The notes: generated by a model not told the origin, from the sequence alone. Counted from the stretch's first letter, positions 20,246 through 30,919 are shown. The stretch: 64,000 nt of DNA from Methanotrichaceae archaeon (GCA_963748825.1 CAVVKN010000025.1:1-64000); one strand, 5' to 3'. Numbers and translations are program-made.

Positions 20246-21984
20246 CTGGTGCTCAGGCGGTACTGGAGAGCCTGAAGAGAGAGGGAGTAGATGTAGTATT
20301 CGGGCTTCCCGGCGGTGTGCTGCTGCCTCTTTACGACGCCATCTACCAGTCCGATATTCGTCATATTCTGGTACGTCATGAGCAGGGCGCGGCGCATATG
20401 GCGGATGGATATGCCCGAGCCACGGGAAAGGTAGGAGTATGCATTGCCACCTCCGGGCCCGGGGCCACCAATCTGGTCACCGGCATCGCCAATGCCTACA
20501 TGGACTCCGTACCAATGGTTGCCATCACCGGGCAGGTGAACACCTGGCTGATTGGAAAGGACGCTTTTCAGGAAGCGGATATAACCGGGATCACTCTGCC
20601 CATTACCAAGCACAATTATTTGCTGCGAAGCGCCAAGGATATCACGCGCGTCTTCCGAGAGGCGTTCTACATCGCCCGCACCGGCCGCCCCGGACCGGTG
20701 CTAATTGATCTGCCAAGAGACGTGACCGTGGATGAGGTAGAGTTTTCCTGGCCGGAGGTGGATCTGCCCGGCTATCGCCCTTCCGTTAAGGCACATGAGA
20801 TGCAGATCAAGAAAGCTGCCAAGGCCTTGATGGAGGCGGAAAGACCCGTCATTTACGTGGGCGGCGGAGTGAAGTATGCCGGCGCGCACCGCGAGCTCAT
20901 CGAGCTGGCGATAAAGATCAACGCCCCGGTTACTACTACTCTCATGGGGTTGGGCTGCTTTCCTGAGGACCATCCTCTCTCGCTGGGCATGCTGGGCATG
21001 CACGGCACAAAGTACGCCAACTACTCCATTCAGGAGTCGGACCTCATTTTGGCGATCGGTGCGCGATTTGATGATCGGGTAACGGGAAAGATCTCCAGCT
21101 TTGCGCCGCGGGCCAAGATCGTTCATATCGATGTGGACCCGGCCGAGGTGGGCAAGAATGTGCGAGTGGACATTCCCGTGGTGGGGGATGCGAAAAATGC
21201 CCTGGAAGGACTCCTAAAAGAGGTCAGCCCCAAAGGTAGGAGCGAATGGAATGAGAAGACAGAGGCCTGGAAGAAGGACTATCCTCTGCGCTACATTCCG
21301 GATATGAATGTCATCAAGCCGCAGTATGTGATTGAGAAGCTGTGCGAGATCGCACCTGACGCCATCATCACCACTGAGGTGGGGCAAAACCAGATGTGGG
21401 CGGCACAGTTCTTTGTTCATAAGGACCCGCAAAAGTTCATATCCTCGGGGGGCCTGGGCACAATGGGATACGGCTTTCCAGCGGCCATTGGAGCCAAGAT
21501 GGGGCGGCCGGAATGCGATGTCATCGACGTGGCCGGAGACGGAAGCTTCCTCATGAACAGCCAGGAGCTGGCGACGGCGGTCGTTAACGACATTCCCGTG
21601 AAGGTGGCGGTGCTCAACAACGGCTGCCTGGGCATGGTTCGGCAGTGGCAGGAGCTGTTCTTCGAGAAGAGGTACTCGGCAACCATTCTGGGCCGCACCA
21701 GCCCTGATTTCGTGAAGCTGGCCGAGGCCTACGGAGCAGTGGGCCTGCGGGCCACCAAGCCCTCTGAGGTCGAATCGGTCATTCGTGCAGCAATGGCGAC
21801 AGACAGGCCTGTTGTCATGGACTTCATAGTCAATCCGGCGGAGAAGGTCTCGCCAATGGTTCCGGCGGGAGCTACTCTTAGCGAAATTCTGGAGCTGGAG
21901 TGGTGTGATGCTGAACAATCCTGCCATCTGGAGAAGATTTATGCCCAAGGCAGGAAGGAAATCCTCGGTCAGGAGGGGTTCTAG
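20230..21984 (+). CDS. ilvB: Acetolactate synthase large subunit
   Basis: [31 protein letters not shown]; ATG at 20230 overlaps cimA end. Confidence 0.95.
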   Translation: MSQKMTGAQAVLESLKREGVDVVFGLPGGVLLPLYDAIYQSDIRHILVRHEQGAAHMADGYARATGKVGVCIATSGPGATNLVTGIANAYMDSVPMVAITGQVNTWLIGKDAFQEADITGITLPITKHNYLLRSAKDITRVFREAFYIARTGRPGPVLIDLPRDVTVDEVEFSWPEVDLPGYRPSVKAHEMQIKKAAKALMEAERPVIYVGGGVKYAGAHRELIELAIKINAPVTTTLMGLGCFPEDHPLSLGMLGMHGTKYANYSIQESDLILAIGARFDDRVTGKISSFAPRAKIVHIDVDPAEVGKNVRVDIPVVGDAKNALEGLLKEVSPKGRSEWNEKTEAWKKDYPLRYIPDMNVIKPQYVIEKLCEIAPDAIITTEVGQNQMWAAQFFVHKDPQKFISSGGLGTMGYGFPAAIGAKMGRPECDVIDVAGDGSFLMNSQELATAVVNDIPVKVAVLNNGCLGMVRQWQELFFEKRYSATILGRTSPDFVKLAEAYGAVGLRATKPSEVESVIRAAMATDRPVVMDFIVNPAEKVSPMVPAGATLSEILELEWCDAEQSCHLEKIYAQGRKEILGQEGF

Positions 21985-22476
21985 ATGAAGCACACCATAG
22001 CCGTCATTGTGGAGAACAAGTCTGGTGTTCTGACGCGCATCGCCGGCCTCTTCAGCCGCAGGTCCTTTAACATCGACAGCCTCTCGGTGGGAGCGACAGA
22101 CAATCCCGATTACTCGCGCATGACCATCACTGTGCATGGTGACAGGGACGTGCTGGAGCAGGTCATAAAGCAGCTCTCCAAGCTCATCAACGTCATTCGC
22201 GTCAGCGAGCTGGAACCGGGCGAGTCCATAGAAAGGGAGCTGGCCATAATCAAGGTGAGCGCGGACAAAGAGAGCCGAAGCGAGATCATGCAGATTGTGA
22301 ACATCTTCCGCGCCAAGATCATCGATGTCTCGCACCGGTCCATGATCATCGAGGTTACGGGAGATGAGGAGAAGATCGATGCCATGGTTCAACTGCTGCG
22401 CCAGTTCGGCATAAAGGAAATGGCCCGCACCGGGAAGGTATCGATGGTGAGGGGCGCGAGGGTAATCAAGGCTTGA
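21985..22476 (+). CDS. ilvN: Acetolactate synthase small (regulatory) subunit
   Basis: VENKSGVLTRIAGLFSRRSFNIDSL ACT domain; EMARTG. Confidence 0.95.
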   Translation: MKHTIAVIVENKSGVLTRIAGLFSRRSFNIDSLSVGATDNPDYSRMTITVHGDRDVLEQVIKQLSKLINVIRVSELEPGESIERELAIIKVSADKESRSEIMQIVNIFRAKIIDVSHRSMIIEVTGDEEKIDAMVQLLRQFGIKEMARTGKVSMVRGARVIKA

Positions 22477-22556
22477 GGATTCGAGGGCTGCCTGACAAAA
22501 AGACATCCCTCGAATCCATTATTTTTTGCGATTATTATTAATTGGAGGAATGAAAT

Positions 22557-23552
22557 TTGGTGAAGATATACCATGAAAAGGATGCAGATTTGAGGGTGTT
22601 GAAGGACAAGACCATCGCCATAGTGGGATGGGGAAATCAAGGCCATGCCCAGGGAGAGAACCTGAAGGACTCCGGGCTGGATGTCATCGCTGCCGACCTG
22701 CCGGGCTCCAATGCCTGGAAGAGGGCGGAGGCGGACGGCGTGAAGGTCATGTCCGTGGCCGACGCAGCCAAGAAGGCGGACTACATTCAGATCTTACTGC
22801 CCGACGAGTACCAGGGCAAGATCTACAGGGAGCAGATTGCGCCCTACTTAGAGGAGGGCGATGTTCTGGGATTTTCGCATGGCTTTAACATTCGCTACTT
22901 CCAGATAGTGCCGCCCGAGAACGTGGACGTGGTCATGATAGCGCCCAAGGGCCCGGGCGATCTGGTGCGCAGAACATACCAGGAAGGCAAGGGCGTGCCC
23001 TGTCTGGTGGCCATAGAGCAGGATGCCTCCGGATCGGCTCTGAAGAAGGCGCTGGCCTATGCCAAGGGCATCGGCGGCACACGGGCCGGTGTGATTGAGA
23101 CCACCTTTACCGAGGAGACGGAGACCGATCTGTTCGGCGAGCAGGTGGACCTGTGCGGCGGCGTGACGGAAATGATCAAGGCCTCCTTTGAGACGCTGGT
23201 GGACGCCGGCTACCAGCCGGAGATCGCCTACTTCGAGGCCTGCCATGAGCTGAAGCTGATTGTGGACCTGATCTACGAGGGCGGATTCATGCGCATGTGG
23301 AACAATGTCTCCAACACAGCAGAGTACGGTGGCATGACCCGTGGCCAGAGGATCATTAACGAGGAGTCACGGGCAGAGATGCAGGAAATTCTGGCAGAGA
23401 TCCAGTCCGGCGAGTTCGCTCGTGAGTGGATTTTGGAGAGCCAGGCTGGTCTGCCTGTTAAGAAGTCTCTGGAGAAGATGGAAGCCGAGCACCCTATAGA
23501 GAAGGTGGGAGCGGAGCTGCGGGCCATGATGCCGTGGCTGCAGAAGAAATAA
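22557..23552 (+). CDS. ilvC: Ketol-acid reductoisomerase
   Basis: [32 protein letters not shown]. Confidence 0.97.
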   Translation: MVKIYHEKDADLRVLKDKTIAIVGWGNQGHAQGENLKDSGLDVIAADLPGSNAWKRAEADGVKVMSVADAAKKADYIQILLPDEYQGKIYREQIAPYLEEGDVLGFSHGFNIRYFQIVPPENVDVVMIAPKGPGDLVRRTYQEGKGVPCLVAIEQDASGSALKKALAYAKGIGGTRAGVIETTFTEETETDLFGEQVDLCGGVTEMIKASFETLVDAGYQPEIAYFEACHELKLIVDLIYEGGFMRMWNNVSNTAEYGGMTRGQRIINEESRAEMQEILAEIQSGEFAREWILESQAGLPVKKSLEKMEAEHPIEKVGAELRAMMPWLQKK

Positions 23553-23560
23553 GAAGAACG

Positions 23561-23606
23561 GGGCCTGGAATTTTCTGATTTTCCAGCCCCTCAGGCATTT
23601 TTTTTA
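23561..23606 (+). terminator. Hairpin plus T-tract after ilvC
   Basis: GGGCCTGGAA/TTCCAGCCC arms followed by a long T run between convergent genes. Confidence 0.5.
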
Positions 23607-23612
23607 ATCCTT

Positions 23613-24701
23613 TTAGAGTGTTATGCTCGTTTCCTGCTGGTTATTGGACTCATCGCTCTCCTTTACTCTGCAATATTCAGGCATGAACTCGTCGCCAGAA
23701 CAGCTATCCACATTTGCTACAAGCTTGAAGACCTGTCCATGGAGGTCGGGACCAGAGGACTCTCCAAGAGTCACCTCTCCGCTGATCTCGGTCTGAGCAA
23801 GGCCGGCCAGCCCGGAGAATGTCGGATACCAAATGTTCTCCTGACCCCGGACAGTGAAGGGAACCGCAGTTCTTTTGCCGCTGCCGTCAATTGCATCAAT
23901 GCTTAACTTGAAGGAGCCGGATGGAGCTGGCCCCGCATTTTCGATTCTAAACCAAACAGGAACCCTGGCAACGCTGCCTCCTAAATCAAAGCTTGCCTTG
24001 CCGGCCTGCAAGCTAATCGCCTTTAAGTCAGCCAATTTTCCAGGGCTTTCAATTATATCTACGGCGGGCTCCATCATTTTTGGCACAATTACAGACGGTT
24101 CCATCATTGCCGGATTTGCCACTTCTTCCGAAGCGGACCCTCCTTTCTCCGGGCAGTCCGGATCTGTAGCGGCAGTGCAGTCAGGATCGCATTTGCCGTC
24201 TCTCTGGCCATCGCAGAATTCATCCCTCTCTCCGGAAGGACAATCCTTTGGGCAATTGCCGGCGTCCTCTAACATGCCACATACGCCGTCATTGCACGTG
24301 TCACCACCAAAGCTAAGGTTCATCAGCCTGGTGACCTCTACCATTTCGCCGTTCTCCAGAACACACGCTGCACATTGATCGGTCATGAAGTTCTGGCAGA
24401 ACTTGGGATCACTGACAACCTCGGTCGGATAGCCTCTCTTAGCACAGTAGCTGCAGTCCTGAGCCTCCTGGCCCAGGAGGAACTTCCAGGCATCGACAGA
24501 CCTGCCATCCTGGAGATTACAGTAGCCAGATTCGCTCCCATCATCAGCCTTTACCGTCTGGTATTGGTATCCCAGAGCCTGACAGTAGGTGGCGGCAGGA
24601 TTGGTTATCGCCAGGACCGGGCCGATTGTCAGGAATAGAACTGAAACTGCCAGGAAAATGCAGGCGCTAGATCGGGATAATTCTATCTTATTTCGGCTCA
24701 T
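23613..24701 (-). CDS. Secreted Cys-rich protein with DUF333 (putative hemolysin-like) N-domain and CARDB-like C-domain
   Basis: NPAATYCQALG...GYC.L.DG..VDAW; DGxCDPDC; VKESDESNN. Confidence 0.75.
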   Translation of the reverse strand: MSRNKIELSRSSACIFLAVSVLFLTIGPVLAITNPAATYCQALGYQYQTVKADDGSESGYCNLQDGRSVDAWKFLLGQEAQDCSYCAKRGYPTEVVSDPKFCQNFMTDQCAACVLENGEMVEVTRLMNLSFGGDTCNDGVCGMLEDAGNCPKDCPSGERDEFCDGQRDGKCDPDCTAATDPDCPEKGGSASEEVANPAMMEPSVIVPKMMEPAVDIIESPGKLADLKAISLQAGKASFDLGGSVARVPVWFRIENAGPAPSGSFKLSIDAIDGSGKRTAVPFTVRGQENIWYPTFSGLAGLAQTEISGEVTLGESSGPDLHGQVFKLVANVDSCSGDEFMPEYCRVKESDESNNQQETSITL

Positions 24702-24702
24702 C

Positions 24703-27222
24703 TTAGTTCACTCCTTCCACATAATATGCCTTGTCGTAAATATCGCTATAAGGGTGGCCTGAGTAGGGCAAGAATCCGTATCCTGGTCCTGCACTCCATG
24801 TATCTGTAGCCGGATTGGCCTGCCAGTTATTTCCCCAGCTGTTCTTGAAGATCCAGGCTCCCTGGTAAGGTCCCATCGACCAGTTGTCGTCCCAGCCAAC
24901 GATTACAAAGGCATGCTTCCAGTTCGGGGAGCTCACTGAGATCGGACCGTGACATACCAGGGCTCTCTTTAAGGAGTCAACATTGGCGTTCACCTTGAAG
25001 AAATCAGAGATCTTCTGGGGAATAGCACCGGCGCAAACTCCCGCGAGGTCTTTGGGGTTGGAGCAGTGGCAGCCGATGAATGGAACAATCGGAACAGTCG
25101 GAATTAATGGTGCACAGCACTGGGAAAGGCAGTCGTCATTTCCATCCAAGCAGTTCTGAGATTTGTAAGGGAAGCAGGCTTCAGTGCAGATTCCCCCGTC
25201 TCTAATGATTTCCAGGGCCTTTACTGCTTTGCATCCTGTGCAACCCCCGGTGAAGGGATGGCTGACCAGGTACTGCTCAGAGTAGTCGTAGTTCATGGGG
25301 CTGCCCACTTCCAGGTTCTCTTTAGCCTCCATGGCTCCGACCGCAGCGAAAGCCCAGCAAGACCCGCATTGAGCCTGATCTTTCACCGGCGTGATCCAGT
25401 TTTTACCCTTCCAGTCCCGGTAATCGAACCGAGCCGGAAGCTGAGCTTGCGAACAGTAGGAGCAGGGTGTCGGACAGACTCCGCCGCAGTCAACATCATC
25501 CTCTTCAGGCCCCCTTATCCTGTCGTCGCAGTCACAGGCATCGCCCTCTCCATCTTTATCTTGATCAAGCTGTGCTCCCCACTCGTCTCTTGGATTGGGC
25601 ACATTGGGGCAGTTATCGCAAGCACTTCCAATGCCATCACCATCTGGGTCCGGCAAAAGATCGTCCAAGCCTGAGCATTTATCGCAAATATCTCCTGCTT
25701 GGTCGTTGTCCTGGTCCTCCTGGCCGGGATTCTTATCCCATTTGCAATTGTCGCAGGCGTCACCTATTCCATCCTTATCATAGTCTTTCTGATCCTGGTT
25801 GCTCTGGGAGGGACAGTTATCGGCCTTATCCGGTATGCCGTCGCCGTCAGCATCCTCCTTATCCGAGCAGCCTGGGCATTTGTCGCAAGCGTCTCCTACT
25901 CCGTCATTGTCGGAGTCTACCTGATCTGGATTGTATTCAGTGGGACAGTTGTCGCATGCATCCCCCACATTGTCGGGATTGCTACATTTTGTATGGCAGG
26001 GCATCTCCGGGGTTAAGCAGATCTTTTCGCACTTGACGTCTCCCTGGTCGGACTGATCCTGGTTGAAAACAAAGGGACAGTTATCTTGGGAATTGGGAAT
26101 GCCATCTCCGTCCGAGTCCAGGCTGCTGCTCAAGTCTCTGGTGTCAGGGACTTTCTCAATCCCCTGCTTTGGCATAGCAACCTGGGGCGTGGCTTTCCGG
26201 AACCAGTATTTGTTCAATAGCTGGTATTCCAGGCCGCAGACTTCGGGGGAGCATTTCTCATAAAAGCCGAACATTTGCTCGGCCTGTTCAGGCAGCAGGC
26301 AAACACATTCGGGCTGAGCCTCTACCTGAGAAGCTGATTGCCGGAAGCAGTACTTGGGAACTCGATCTTCTGAATAGCCGCAAATAGACCTGGAACATTT
26401 CTCAATGACACCAATACTTGCTGCTTCCTCCTCCAGCATGCAGCGGCAGCCATCGGGGCATCGTTCATTGGCTGGGACTGACGGCTCCTCCCCTGCCCGG
26501 AAGCAGTACTTAGGTTCACCGTTGGCGGCAGTGCCGCAGGGATCTACCAGGCACCTCTCCGGATACTCGAACACCTCCCCGGCCTCTGCCGCCGTCAGGC
26601 ACTGGCAGCCTTCAGGGCACTTCAGCTCCAGCTCATTGGCGGGGCGAAGTGGAGATAGCGGAGCTATGATATCAAAGACGAGCGGCTTCATCCAGAACTT
26701 GTTGCCGCTCAGGTCTTTATCCCTTAGAGGCAATGTGAGCTGAATCCAGCTCTGGTTGATCACCACTCCCTTTGTCGAGTCTGCCCCACTGGGAGCATAT
26801 CCAATGGGCGGCAGGGGAATTATGTTGCAGAACCGGAAGCCCTCAGGGGCTAAAAGCTCGAACCATCCTCTGGAATCGGTGAAGGTCCTGGCAGCCAGCC
26901 TTCCCGGAAGCTGCGGATCTTGGGAACAGTACAGCCCTACCGGCACATCCTCCAGGCCTTTGCTCTCGTCTCCAGGTTCGCCCAGAAAGATCCAGCCGGA
27001 GAGCTTAACCTCGGAAGGAGCGATGGTTTCCAGCGGGATAGTCTCAAGAAAAATTAAATCCTGCTGGGGCATTATCATCGCCTCCGGGGCGATTATCTGA
27101 GCGGGTGTATTCATTTGATATACCTGAAGGGGCTCCTGGGCAGGAGCAGCAAAACAGAAGGCCCCTCCAATAAGAAAAACTGCAATTAGAGTTCTGTAGA
27201 TCAGGTCAACCTTGCGACTCAT
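24703..27222 (-). CDS. Secreted papain-family (C1) protease with Cys-rich repeats and thrombospondin type-3 repeats
   Basis: Signal peptide; CPEGCQCL-type repeats; many DxDxDGxGDACDNCP; DQAQCGSCWAF, HAFVIVGW, KNSWG. Confidence 0.88.
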   Translation of the reverse strand: MSRKVDLIYRTLIAVFLIGGAFCFAAPAQEPLQVYQMNTPAQIIAPEAMIMPQQDLIFLETIPLETIAPSEVKLSGWIFLGEPGDESKGLEDVPVGLYCSQDPQLPGRLAARTFTDSRGWFELLAPEGFRFCNIIPLPPIGYAPSGADSTKGVVINQSWIQLTLPLRDKDLSGNKFWMKPLVFDIIAPLSPLRPANELELKCPEGCQCLTAAEAGEVFEYPERCLVDPCGTAANGEPKYCFRAGEEPSVPANERCPDGCRCMLEEEAASIGVIEKCSRSICGYSEDRVPKYCFRQSASQVEAQPECVCLLPEQAEQMFGFYEKCSPEVCGLEYQLLNKYWFRKATPQVAMPKQGIEKVPDTRDLSSSLDSDGDGIPNSQDNCPFVFNQDQSDQGDVKCEKICLTPEMPCHTKCSNPDNVGDACDNCPTEYNPDQVDSDNDGVGDACDKCPGCSDKEDADGDGIPDKADNCPSQSNQDQKDYDKDGIGDACDNCKWDKNPGQEDQDNDQAGDICDKCSGLDDLLPDPDGDGIGSACDNCPNVPNPRDEWGAQLDQDKDGEGDACDCDDRIRGPEEDDVDCGGVCPTPCSYCSQAQLPARFDYRDWKGKNWITPVKDQAQCGSCWAFAAVGAMEAKENLEVGSPMNYDYSEQYLVSHPFTGGCTGCKAVKALEIIRDGGICTEACFPYKSQNCLDGNDDCLSQCCAPLIPTVPIVPFIGCHCSNPKDLAGVCAGAIPQKISDFFKVNANVDSLKRALVCHGPISVSSPNWKHAFVIVGWDDNWSMGPYQGAWIFKNSWGNNWQANPATDTWSAGPGYGFLPYSGHPYSDIYDKAYYVEGVN

Positions 27223-27520
27223 AAATTAAGCCTCCATAGGATCGCGGTTCCCTTAGAAATGCAGGATAATCCAGGGATTGATACATAGTTGACTTCTAGA
27301 GCGTATAAATCTTATCATATCCTTCCTTTATGATGATGATCATTACGAAAAAATTAAATTTAAGATCTCCTCCCCTCAGCGACTGCACGTGACAGAGGTA
27401 CAGAAGAAAGATCTGCGCTTGCGGTCTTATGCGCACGCAAGTGAGGCATCAAACATTGCGGAGTATGTCATGTGACCTACTGAAATAGGATCGCCTATGA
27501 GAAATTCTGATGTTTCGTGT

Positions 27521-27690
27521 GGAAAATCCCGGCAGAAATCCAGTCAGGAAAGTTCGCTTGCAAGTGTTTTTTAGATAGCCAGGCGGGCCGGTCTTTCAAG
27601 AAGTCTCTGGAGAAGATGGAGGCCGAGCACCCAATTGAGCAGGTGGAGCGGAGCTGCGGGCCATGACGCCGTGGCTTTAGAAGAAGTAAG
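27521..27690 (+). pseudogene. Decayed direct duplicate of ilvC 3' end (copy of ~23384-23553)
   Basis: Shares AAGAAGTCTCTGGAGAAGATGGA, GCCGAGCACCC, GAGCGGAGCTGCGGGCCATGA with ilvC; has indel and TAG. Confidence 0.9.
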
Positions 27691-27942
27691 CTTTATATCA
27701 TGGGAAGTCGTAGCATGGAGTCGGACGGGTGCGGCTACACCTGCGCCCGGACACGATGCCATGTTACTATGGCCTCGGGATAAACACGATTATAACCCAA
27801 CAACAACTACATCACAGGAGGGAGGAGCAGTTCCAGAAGCGCGGCCCACGGGCCGCGTTTCGGGTGCTGTATTATTTATATCATTATTTGAGACATACAT
27901 TTATCCTAAAAAAAATTAATCTTATTTATTTGCAGCCTCGGA

Positions 27943-28848
27943 TTATTGATAATGAGCATCAAATGCATCTCTTAAACTAAATGGGGCTAATTTGTTCTCA
28001 ATCCAGAGAATAAATTCATAAGATAATTTTATATAATCACCTAACTCCTCGGAAGAGAATCTAATTTCTTTACGCAAATCGTCGTGACCTCTATGGATTA
28101 TTAAATGTCGCTTCTTAATTAGTTTAAGCAATTCATTCTTTCTGGGATATTCTAAGAGGTCAAGGCCAAATGCTTTTATGTACATATGTTTTGTTCGTCC
28201 ACTTATATCATGATATGGAAATAATAAGAGGGTTTCAAAAATTATTTTCTCCATTTTGCTAAAATAATCAGATGGCGTTATATTCACGCCGCTACGCCAT
28301 CTTCTTGGCATATCTTCATCTAGATTTTCTACAAATTTTTTAAATAATTCCGGGTCATATTCAAGCGTTTTCTTTAATCGATCCTCAAGAAATACTTCAA
28401 TATTTGTTATTATTCTAAGAAATATGAATATTTTGATTTCATCCGACAAATCATGGCTCGATAACTGTCCACTTTTTAATTTTTGGCATTTGATTTCGCA
28501 AAATACTTCCGCCCATATATTTTCAATTTTCTGTTTGATTTTTATTATTTGCTCATCTGGAGTAATAACCATTTGTTGGAAGTTATCAAATTTAATTCTT
28601 TCCAATTGAGGCAATATAGTTAATATTTCACATATTTTTTCTATATCTTTGAAGAAACGATAGATGGGCTCCTTATCTTTGATCATTAATTCACTCAAAT
28701 TCGCATTAATAAAACAACTTAAGCGATCATCATTAGGGATTTCCTCTTTCATTGATTTTGACAATTTTTCGAAATTCTTTAGCGTTTCCTCGTCCACTTC
28801 AATTTCCACGGTATGCTTTTTAGAACTATTTGTTTGTTTATATGTCAT
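27943..28848 (-). CDS. AT-rich hypothetical protein with probable C-terminal HEPN domain
   Basis: 301 aa, low GC; IEVFLED and KRHLIIH (RxxxxH). Confidence 0.55.
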   Translation of the reverse strand: MTYKQTNSSKKHTVEIEVDEETLKNFEKLSKSMKEEIPNDDRLSCFINANLSELMIKDKEPIYRFFKDIEKICEILTILPQLERIKFDNFQQMVITPDEQIIKIKQKIENIWAEVFCEIKCQKLKSGQLSSHDLSDEIKIFIFLRIITNIEVFLEDRLKKTLEYDPELFKKFVENLDEDMPRRWRSGVNITPSDYFSKMEKIIFETLLLFPYHDISGRTKHMYIKAFGLDLLEYPRKNELLKLIKKRHLIIHRGHDDLRKEIRFSSEELGDYIKLSYEFILWIENKLAPFSLRDAFDAHYQ

Positions 28849-29276
28849 AGTATCTCCAAATTATTGTTTTATCAATTGATATTACTATAATTTTTATCTT
28901 ATGACATCAATATTAGCACCAATCCCACTTTCCACCAGTTCTTGATTTAGCACGATGTAATAGCATAACGACCATTTTCAGAGCACATTCAACCTCAACG
29001 TGTATTTCTATAAGCCCATACCATTCCAATACAGTATCCTGAAGATATTTCAAACCTCTCATTTTCAATATCATTTATATCGACTGGTCATAAATTGCTC
29101 AGAGTGCTAAAGTGCGCATTTGAACCATACTCGAAGTGCTCGCTTGTGATATTGTGATCTATTGTGATCCGATGGATGGACAGAAACGCGGATCACATTC
29201 TGGTAGCTCATTCCGCCGAGCAACTCAGAAGGCTGCATGCTCCTGTACTGCAGGCACTCGAATAGATGTGCATGCT

Positions 29277-29405
29277 AGGCCCGATTGGCGAGCGACCGCA
29301 ACCCCAGACAGCCCAGCCCACAGGCGGCAGGCACGAGCGCAGCCGGGAGCCGGGCAAAGTGAGTCATCTAACGAGCGTGAGCCGGGTGCCGGGAAAAGTG
29401 AGTCT
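29277..29405 (+). repeat. GC-rich inter-cassette repeat copy 1 with internal tandem duplication
   Basis: AGGCCCGA...GCAACCCC...GCACGAGCGCAGCCGGGAGCCGGGCAA; the GCCGGG.GCCGGG.AAAGTGAGTC unit occurs twice. Confidence 0.8.
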
Positions 29406-29486
29406 ATCTGCAAATCCCTGGAAGATTGACCGGATTTCTGGGAAGATGGGAAGCGAAAGGCTATAATCTTATCACTGCTGATAACC

Positions 29487-29750
29487 ATGTTAATGTTTGG
29501 AGAATACATCTTGGCGGCTATGGAAAGGGCCACCTACGAAATCATCGATGACCCTAAGCCCTATTATGGCGAGGTTCCCGAACTGCAGGGTGTTTGGTCA
29601 ACAGGTAAAACTCTTGAAGAATGTCGTAAGGAACTACAGAGCGTAATCGAGGGCTGGATTGCTTTAAAGCTGAGACTGGGTCATCCTATACCTGCAATAG
29701 GCGGATATGTTATTAATGCGTCTGCGGAGCCTGTCTCCATTGTCGAATAA
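29487..29750 (+). CDS. hicB: HicB-family antitoxin
   Basis: YYGEVPELQGVWSTGKTLEEC...IEGWI...IP. Confidence 0.88.
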   Translation: MLMFGEYILAAMERATYEIIDDPKPYYGEVPELQGVWSTGKTLEECRKELQSVIEGWIALKLRLGHPIPAIGGYVINASAEPVSIVE

Positions 29751-29964
29751 ACTTTTGCCGGTTTCAAGACGTGAGCTGATTAAGCGATTGAGTAAATTGG
29801 GTTTTGTCGGTCCTTATCCCGGAGCAGATCATGAGTATATGTCCAGAGGACTGGTAGAGGCGCGCATTCCCAATCCTCATGGCAGCAATATCAGTGTGGA
29901 TCTATTGCAGAGAATTCTGAAGCGAGCTGGAATCAGTCGCGAAGAATGGTTTGATGTAGCATAA
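29740..29964 (+). CDS. hicA: HicA-family toxin (TTG start overlapping hicB)
   Basis: SRRELIKRLSKLGF.GP..GADH..M, IPNPH, LLQRILKRAGISREEW. Confidence 0.88.
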   Translation: MSNKLLPVSRRELIKRLSKLGFVGPYPGADHEYMSRGLVEARIPNPHGSNISVDLLQRILKRAGISREEWFDVA

Positions 29965-29966
29965 TT

Positions 29967-30220
29967 CTTTGTGCCTTCGTATCTTTGCGGTTAGTCGTAG
30001 CTGTTATGTTATAATTGTGCACTAATATTAATAACGAACCGAAGGCATTGCTTTCCTAATCCTACGCTCAGAAAAACCGCATCATTCGGAGTCCAGCTCA
30101 TCCTGGCTCTCAGGCCCGACCAGCCTACCGCCCCTGAGTATGGAGCGTTTGTCGGGCAATCCAGCCCACCCTGACAACCACGCAGCAACCCCGGACGGCC
30201 CGGCCCAAAGGCCACGAGCC
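29967..30220 (+). repeat. Inter-cassette repeat copy 2
   Basis: TGCGGTT..CGTAGCTG..GTTATAATT, CTCAGGCCCGACC, AATCCAGCCC, CGCAGCAACCCCGGACGGCCCGGCCC. Confidence 0.8.
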
Positions 30221-30313
30221 ACGGATGAACTGCTCAGATCGGATACAAACACCTCTTGCACCAAAAGGGGCAACGTTTTTAGGGATGTAACACCTCTATT
30301 CTATGGGTTGAAT

Positions 30314-30595
30314 ATGGATATCCTCGACATTATCAAAAGCCACGCCAATGATATCAAGATCCTTTTTAGCGTCAGGCGAATCGGTATCTTCGGATCCTTC
30401 GCCCGTGGTGAGCAGAAGGATTCCAGCGATGTTGATATACTGGTGGAATTTGAGAAGCCCACATTTAAAAACTTCATGAACCTTTCATTCTACCTGGAAG
30501 ATCTCTTGGAAAGAGAGGTGGATCTGGTCACCGTAAAAGGACTTCACCCGCGCATCCGGCCTTACGTGGAGAAGGATGTGATCTGGTCTGAATAA
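30314..30595 (+). CDS. Minimal nucleotidyltransferase (MNT) antitoxin
   Basis: GIFGSFARGEQ..SDVDILVEF, VDLV; ATG at 30314. Confidence 0.9.
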   Translation: MDILDIIKSHANDIKILFSVRRIGIFGSFARGEQKDSSDVDILVEFEKPTFKNFMNLSFYLEDLLEREVDLVTVKGLHPRIRPYVEKDVIWSE

Positions 30596-30917
30596 AGACG
30601 TAGAGCTACTGGGACACATCCTTGAAGAGATGGATTTCATTGCAAAGTATTGTGCTGTCGTTGGCATAGAGACGTTGATGGCAGATGAAGTTCTCCGCAG
30701 AGCCTGCGTGAAATCCTTGGAGATCATTGGAGAGGCATCCAGGAATATCTCAGATGATTTGAAAACGGCGCACCCAGAGATTCCATGGAGACAGATGATC
30801 GGCATGAGAAACAAGCTGGTTCACCATTACTTTGGAGTGGACTGGGAGATCGTGAATGATGCCCTTAAAAATGAGCTTCCAGAGATAAAATTAAAACTGG
30901 CGAAAATATTAATATAA
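30588..30917 (+). CDS. HepT/DUF86 HEPN ribonuclease toxin (start probably CTG at 30588)
   Basis: LEIIGEA, IPWRQMIGMRNKLVHHYFGVD (RX4HXY). Confidence 0.9.
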   Translation: MNKDVELLGHILEEMDFIAKYCAVVGIETLMADEVLRRACVKSLEIIGEASRNISDDLKTAHPEIPWRQMIGMRNKLVHHYFGVDWEIVNDALKNELPEIKLKLAKILI

Positions 30918-30919
30918 AC

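Noticed and set aside
8777-22506. Long antisense ORFs such as 8777-9988, 18989-19690 and 21214-22506
   Set aside because: Shadow frames of well-supported GC3-rich genes
25500-26120. DNA repeat array within 24703-27222
   Set aside because: Explained by coding thrombospondin type-3 repeats
28880-29130. Possible gene remnant upstream of the HEPN-like gene
   Set aside because: Only short interrupted frames with no recognisable motif
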